NCBI RefSeq assembly: GCF_001457615.1
Contig: NZ_LN831024.1
Location: 5,820,001-5,852,000, forward strand
Direction: 5' to 3'
Length of the DNA: 32,000 nt
Source of the DNA: Pseudomonas aeruginosa
Lineage (GTDB): Bacteria; Pseudomonadota; Gammaproteobacteria; Pseudomonadales; Pseudomonadaceae
Positions 28,898-32,000 of this stretch are shown here, piece after piece. How positions within the stretch are numbered: position 1 is the stretch's first letter; every line of letters begins with the position of its first letter. The notes beneath the pieces are model-generated. The model had not been told where the DNA came from. It saw nothing but the letters and a program-made list of their open reading frames with translations, and searched no databases. A program made the position numbers and the translations under genes.

Positions 28898-29587
28898 ATG
28901 CTGAAGAAAAGCTTCAACTCCCTGCTCACCACCTGGCTCGCCGGCCTGCTGGTGATGCTGCCGCTGGTACTCACCCTAGCCTTGCTGGCCTGGGTGGTCA
29001 GCTTGCTGAACCGCTTCGTCGGGCCATCCAGCCTGATCGGTCGCGGCTTCGCCGCCATCGGCCAGCCGCTCGCCGGCGATTCGCCACTGGCCTACCTGCT
29101 CGGTACCGCGCTACTGCTGGTAGCCATCTACCTGCTTGGCCTCGGCGTACAGCTAGGCCTGAAGCGGCCGCTGGCCAACCTGTTCGACCTGACCCTGCGG
29201 CGCACCCCGCTGATCGGCAACCTGTACAACCTGGCCGACCGTTTCGTCGGCCTGCTGGACAAGAAGCAGGACGCCGACATCGCCGCGATGAGTCCGGTGT
29301 GGTGTTTCTTCGGCGGCGACGGCGCCGCCGTGCTGGCGCTGATGCCCAACCCCGAAGCGGTGGAACTGGACGGCCGCGCGCACTACGCGATCCTGGTGCC
29401 GACCGCGCCGATCCCGGTGGGCGGCGGCCTGCTCTACGTTCCGGTGGAATGGGTGAAACCGGCACAGATCGGCATGGACACCTTCACCAGCATCTATGTG
29501 TCGATGGGCATCACCCCACCGCCGCCGCTGGCCGCCGCCAAGGTGCTGGCGGAGCCGCGCGCGGAGCAGCCGCCGGCGGCTCCATAG
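28898..29587 (+). CDS. DUF502 family membrane protein
   Basis: 229 aa; N-terminal TM segments (LLTTWLAGLLVMLPLVLTLALLAWVVSLLNRFVG), RRTPLIGNLYNLADRFV, VPTAPIPVGGGLLYVP. Confidence 0.87.
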   Translation: MLKKSFNSLLTTWLAGLLVMLPLVLTLALLAWVVSLLNRFVGPSSLIGRGFAAIGQPLAGDSPLAYLLGTALLLVAIYLLGLGVQLGLKRPLANLFDLTLRRTPLIGNLYNLADRFVGLLDKKQDADIAAMSPVWCFFGGDGAAVLALMPNPEAVELDGRAHYAILVPTAPIPVGGGLLYVPVEWVKPAQIGMDTFTSIYVSMGITPPPPLAAAKVLAEPRAEQPPAAP

Positions 29588-29835
29588 GCGGTCCCGCATG
29601 CCCGGGAACGGGGCGCGCACCGACCTCCAGGCTCTGCTTCAGGTCAGGGTTCGCCAGGAGTTTTCTTCGAAAGCCGACAGTTTTGTTCCTACGCGACAGC
29701 GCACTGCAGCGATGCGACAAGATGCCGCCAACCCCGCTCCAGAGGCACGCAGCCTGCTTGGCTCCGGTTGAAGCGCTGTGCTAGCTTGCCTTCGCCAGGA
29801 AGGCCCTTCCAATCCGAATAACAAGAGGAAAATCC

Positions 29836-30609
29836 ATGGCCGAGGCCACCCCCGCACTGGAAATCCGTAACCTGCACAAGCGCTACGGCGACCTCGAAGT
29901 GCTCAAGGGCATCTCCCTCACCGCCCGCGACGGCGACGTGATCTCCATCCTCGGATCGTCCGGCTCGGGCAAATCCACCTTCCTGCGCTGCATCAACCTG
30001 CTGGAGAACCCGCACCAGGGCCAGATCCTGGTCTCCGGCGAAGAGCTGCGCCTGAAGAAGAGCAAGAACGGCGACCTGGTCGCCGCCGACAGCCAGCAGA
30101 TCAACCGGCTGCGCAGCGAACTCGGTTTCGTCTTCCAGAATTTCAACCTGTGGCCGCACATGAGCATCCTCGACAACGTGATCGAGGCGCCACGTCGCGT
30201 ACTGGGCAAGAGCAAGGCCGAAGCGATCGAGATCGCCGAGGGCCTGCTGGCCAAGGTCGGCATCGCCGACAAGCGCCACAGCTATCCCGCGCAACTTTCC
30301 GGCGGCCAGCAGCAGCGCGCGGCCATCGCCCGGACCCTGGCCATGCAACCCAAGGTGATCCTGTTCGACGAGCCCACCTCGGCGCTCGACCCGGAAATGG
30401 TACAGGAAGTGCTTAACGTGATCCGTGCGCTCGCCGAAGAGGGCCGGACCATGCTGCTGGTCACTCACGAAATGAGCTTCGCCCGCCAGGTTTCCAGCGA
30501 GGTGGTATTCCTCCACCAGGGCCTGGTAGAAGAGCAGGGAACGCCGCAACAGGTTTTCGAAAACCCCCAGTCGGCGCGCTGCAAACAGTTCATGTCCAGC
30601 CACCGCTAA
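29836..30609 (+). CDS. Polar amino-acid ABC transporter ATP-binding protein
   Basis: 257 aa; Walker [10 protein letters not shown], signature [13 protein letters not shown], Walker [16 protein letters not shown]; HisP-like. Confidence 0.94.
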   Translation: MAEATPALEIRNLHKRYGDLEVLKGISLTARDGDVISILGSSGSGKSTFLRCINLLENPHQGQILVSGEELRLKKSKNGDLVAADSQQINRLRSELGFVFQNFNLWPHMSILDNVIEAPRRVLGKSKAEAIEIAEGLLAKVGIADKRHSYPAQLSGGQQQRAAIARTLAMQPKVILFDEPTSALDPEMVQEVLNVIRALAEEGRTMLLVTHEMSFARQVSSEVVFLHQGLVEEQGTPQQVFENPQSARCKQFMSSHR

Positions 30610-30623
30610 CGGAGCAACACCGC

Positions 30624-31376
30624 ATGAAGAACTATAAGAAGATCCTGCTGGCCGCCGCTGCAACCCTGGCCTTCGCCCTCGACGCCAGCGCCGCCGACAA
30701 GCTGCGCATCGGCACCGAAGGCGCCTACCCGCCCTTCAACGGCATCGATGCCAGCGGCCAGGCGGTCGGCTTCGACCTCGACATCGGCAAGGCGCTGTGC
30801 GCCAAGATGAAGACCGAGTGCGAGGTGGTGACCTCCGACTGGGACGGCATCATCCCGGCGTTGAACGCCAAGAAGTTCGACTTCATCGTCGCGTCCATGT
30901 CGATCACCGACGAGCGCAAGCAGGCAGTCGACTTCACCGATCCCTACTACACCAACAAGCTGCAGTTCGTCGCGCCGAAGAGCGTCGACTTCAAGACCGA
31001 CAAGGACTCCCTGAAGGGCAAGGTGATCGGCGCCCAGCGCGCCACCATCGCCGGCACCTGGCTGGAAGACAACATGGCCGACGTGGTCACCATCAAGCTC
31101 TACGACACCCAGGAGAACGCCTACCTCGACCTCTCCTCGGGGCGCCTGGACGGCGTGCTGGCCGACAAGTTCGTGCAGTACGACTGGCTGAAGAGCGACG
31201 CCGGCAAGGAGTTCGAGTTCAAGGGCGAACCGGTGTTCGACAACGACAAGATCGGTATCGCCGTGCGCAAGGGCGACCCGCTGCGCGAGAAGCTCAACGC
31301 CGCGCTGAAGGAAATCGTCGCCGACGGTACCTACAAGAAGATCAACGACAAGTACTTCCCCTTCAGCATCTATTGA
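30624..31376 (+). CDS. ABC transporter periplasmic basic-amino-acid-type binding protein
   Basis: 250 aa; signal peptide, LRIGTEGAYPPFNGIDASGQAVGFDLDIGKALCAKMKTECE; HisJ/ArgT-like. Confidence 0.92.
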   Translation: MKNYKKILLAAAATLAFALDASAADKLRIGTEGAYPPFNGIDASGQAVGFDLDIGKALCAKMKTECEVVTSDWDGIIPALNAKKFDFIVASMSITDERKQAVDFTDPYYTNKLQFVAPKSVDFKTDKDSLKGKVIGAQRATIAGTWLEDNMADVVTIKLYDTQENAYLDLSSGRLDGVLADKFVQYDWLKSDAGKEFEFKGEPVFDNDKIGIAVRKGDPLREKLNAALKEIVADGTYKKINDKYFPFSIY

Positions 31377-31437
31377 TGCCAAGCCAGGCCACCGCCGGGC
31401 GCGTCCCGGCGGTGGCCGCCTTCAGGCCTGACTTCTC

Positions 31438-32000
31438 ATGATTCTCGACCTGCATGGGTTCGGCGAGCAACTGCTCGCCGGTACCTGGATGACCCTCAAG
31501 CTGTCGCTGGCGGCGGTCTGCGTGGGGCTGTTGCTCGGCCTCCTCGGCGCCATCGCGAAGACTTCGAAGTACGCGGCCCTGCGTTTCCTCGGCGGCACCT
31601 ACACCACCATCGTCCGTGGCGTGCCGGAAACGCTCTGGGTACTGATGATCTATTTCGGCACGGTGAGCGGCCTGAACGCCCTCGGCGACCTTTTCGGCAA
31701 GCCGGACCTGGCGCTCTCGCCGTTCGCCGCCGGCACCCTGGCCCTCGGCCTGTGCTTCGGCGCCTACGCCACCGAGGTGTTCCGCGGCGCGCTGTTGTCC
31801 ATTCCGCGCGGCCATCGCGAGGCCGGCCAGGCGCTCGGCCTGTCGCCCGGACGGATATTCTGGCGCATCGTCCTGCCGCAGATCTGGCGGGTCGCCCTGC
31901 CCGGCCTCGGCAACCTGTACCTGATCCTGCTGAAGGACACCGCGCTGGTGTCGCTGATCACCCTCGACGAGATCATGCGCAAGGCGCAGGTCGCCTCCAA
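31438..32000 (+). CDS. ABC transporter permease (HisQ-like), truncated by the window edge
   Basis: ATG at 31438; MILDLHGFGEQLLAGTWMTLKLSLAAVCVGLLLGLLG...GHREAGQALGLSPGRIFWRIVLPQ (EAA loop). Confidence 0.9.
   Translation, partial: MILDLHGFGEQLLAGTWMTLKLSLAAVCVGLLLGLLGAIAKTSKYAALRFLGGTYTTIVRGVPETLWVLMIYFGTVSGLNALGDLFGKPDLALSPFAAGTLALGLCFGAYATEVFRGALLSIPRGHREAGQALGLSPGRIFWRIVLPQIWRVALPGLGNLYLILLKDTALVSLITLDEIMRKAQVAS

Overview
This GC-rich window looks like core chromosome of Pseudomonas aeruginosa or a close relative. That assignment is from recognition of gene content and order; no database search was run. Left to right: the start of a minus-strand ORF; two tandem, overlapping DUF4124-like exported proteins; ntrB-ntrC; a three-unit repetitive non-coding element behind a sigma-54-type promoter, matching the nitrogen-regulated sRNA NrsZ; a small membrane protein gene; trmL; secB-grx-rhodanese (minus); gpmI, a CPBP protease gene, a degenerate LytM (EnvC-like) gene, ctpA, and a divergent polysaccharide deacetylase gene; a large beta-propeller-like ORF; three tandem orphan periplasmic solute-binding proteins (minus); the hisB-hisH-DUF2164-hisA-hisF cluster (minus); a PanZ/PanM-like acetyltransferase, an HhH protein and an FAD oxidoreductase; an AsmA-family gene, mutY, yggX and a Gfo/Idh/MocA oxidoreductase gene; tRNA-Phe(GAA); an SDR gene (minus); a DUF502 gene; and a polar amino-acid ABC transporter (ATPase, SBP, truncated permease). 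There is no CRISPR array, transposase, prophage or toxin/defence island. The strongest non-coding signal is the triple repeat downstream of ntrC. I believe it is already described as NrsZ, so it is not new, but its architecture (sigma-54 promoter, ~226-nt predicted length, three modules, nearby DnaA-box match) merits attention. A 17-bp NtrC-box-like palindrome upstream of ntrB and the orphan SBP triplet are the other most testable observations.
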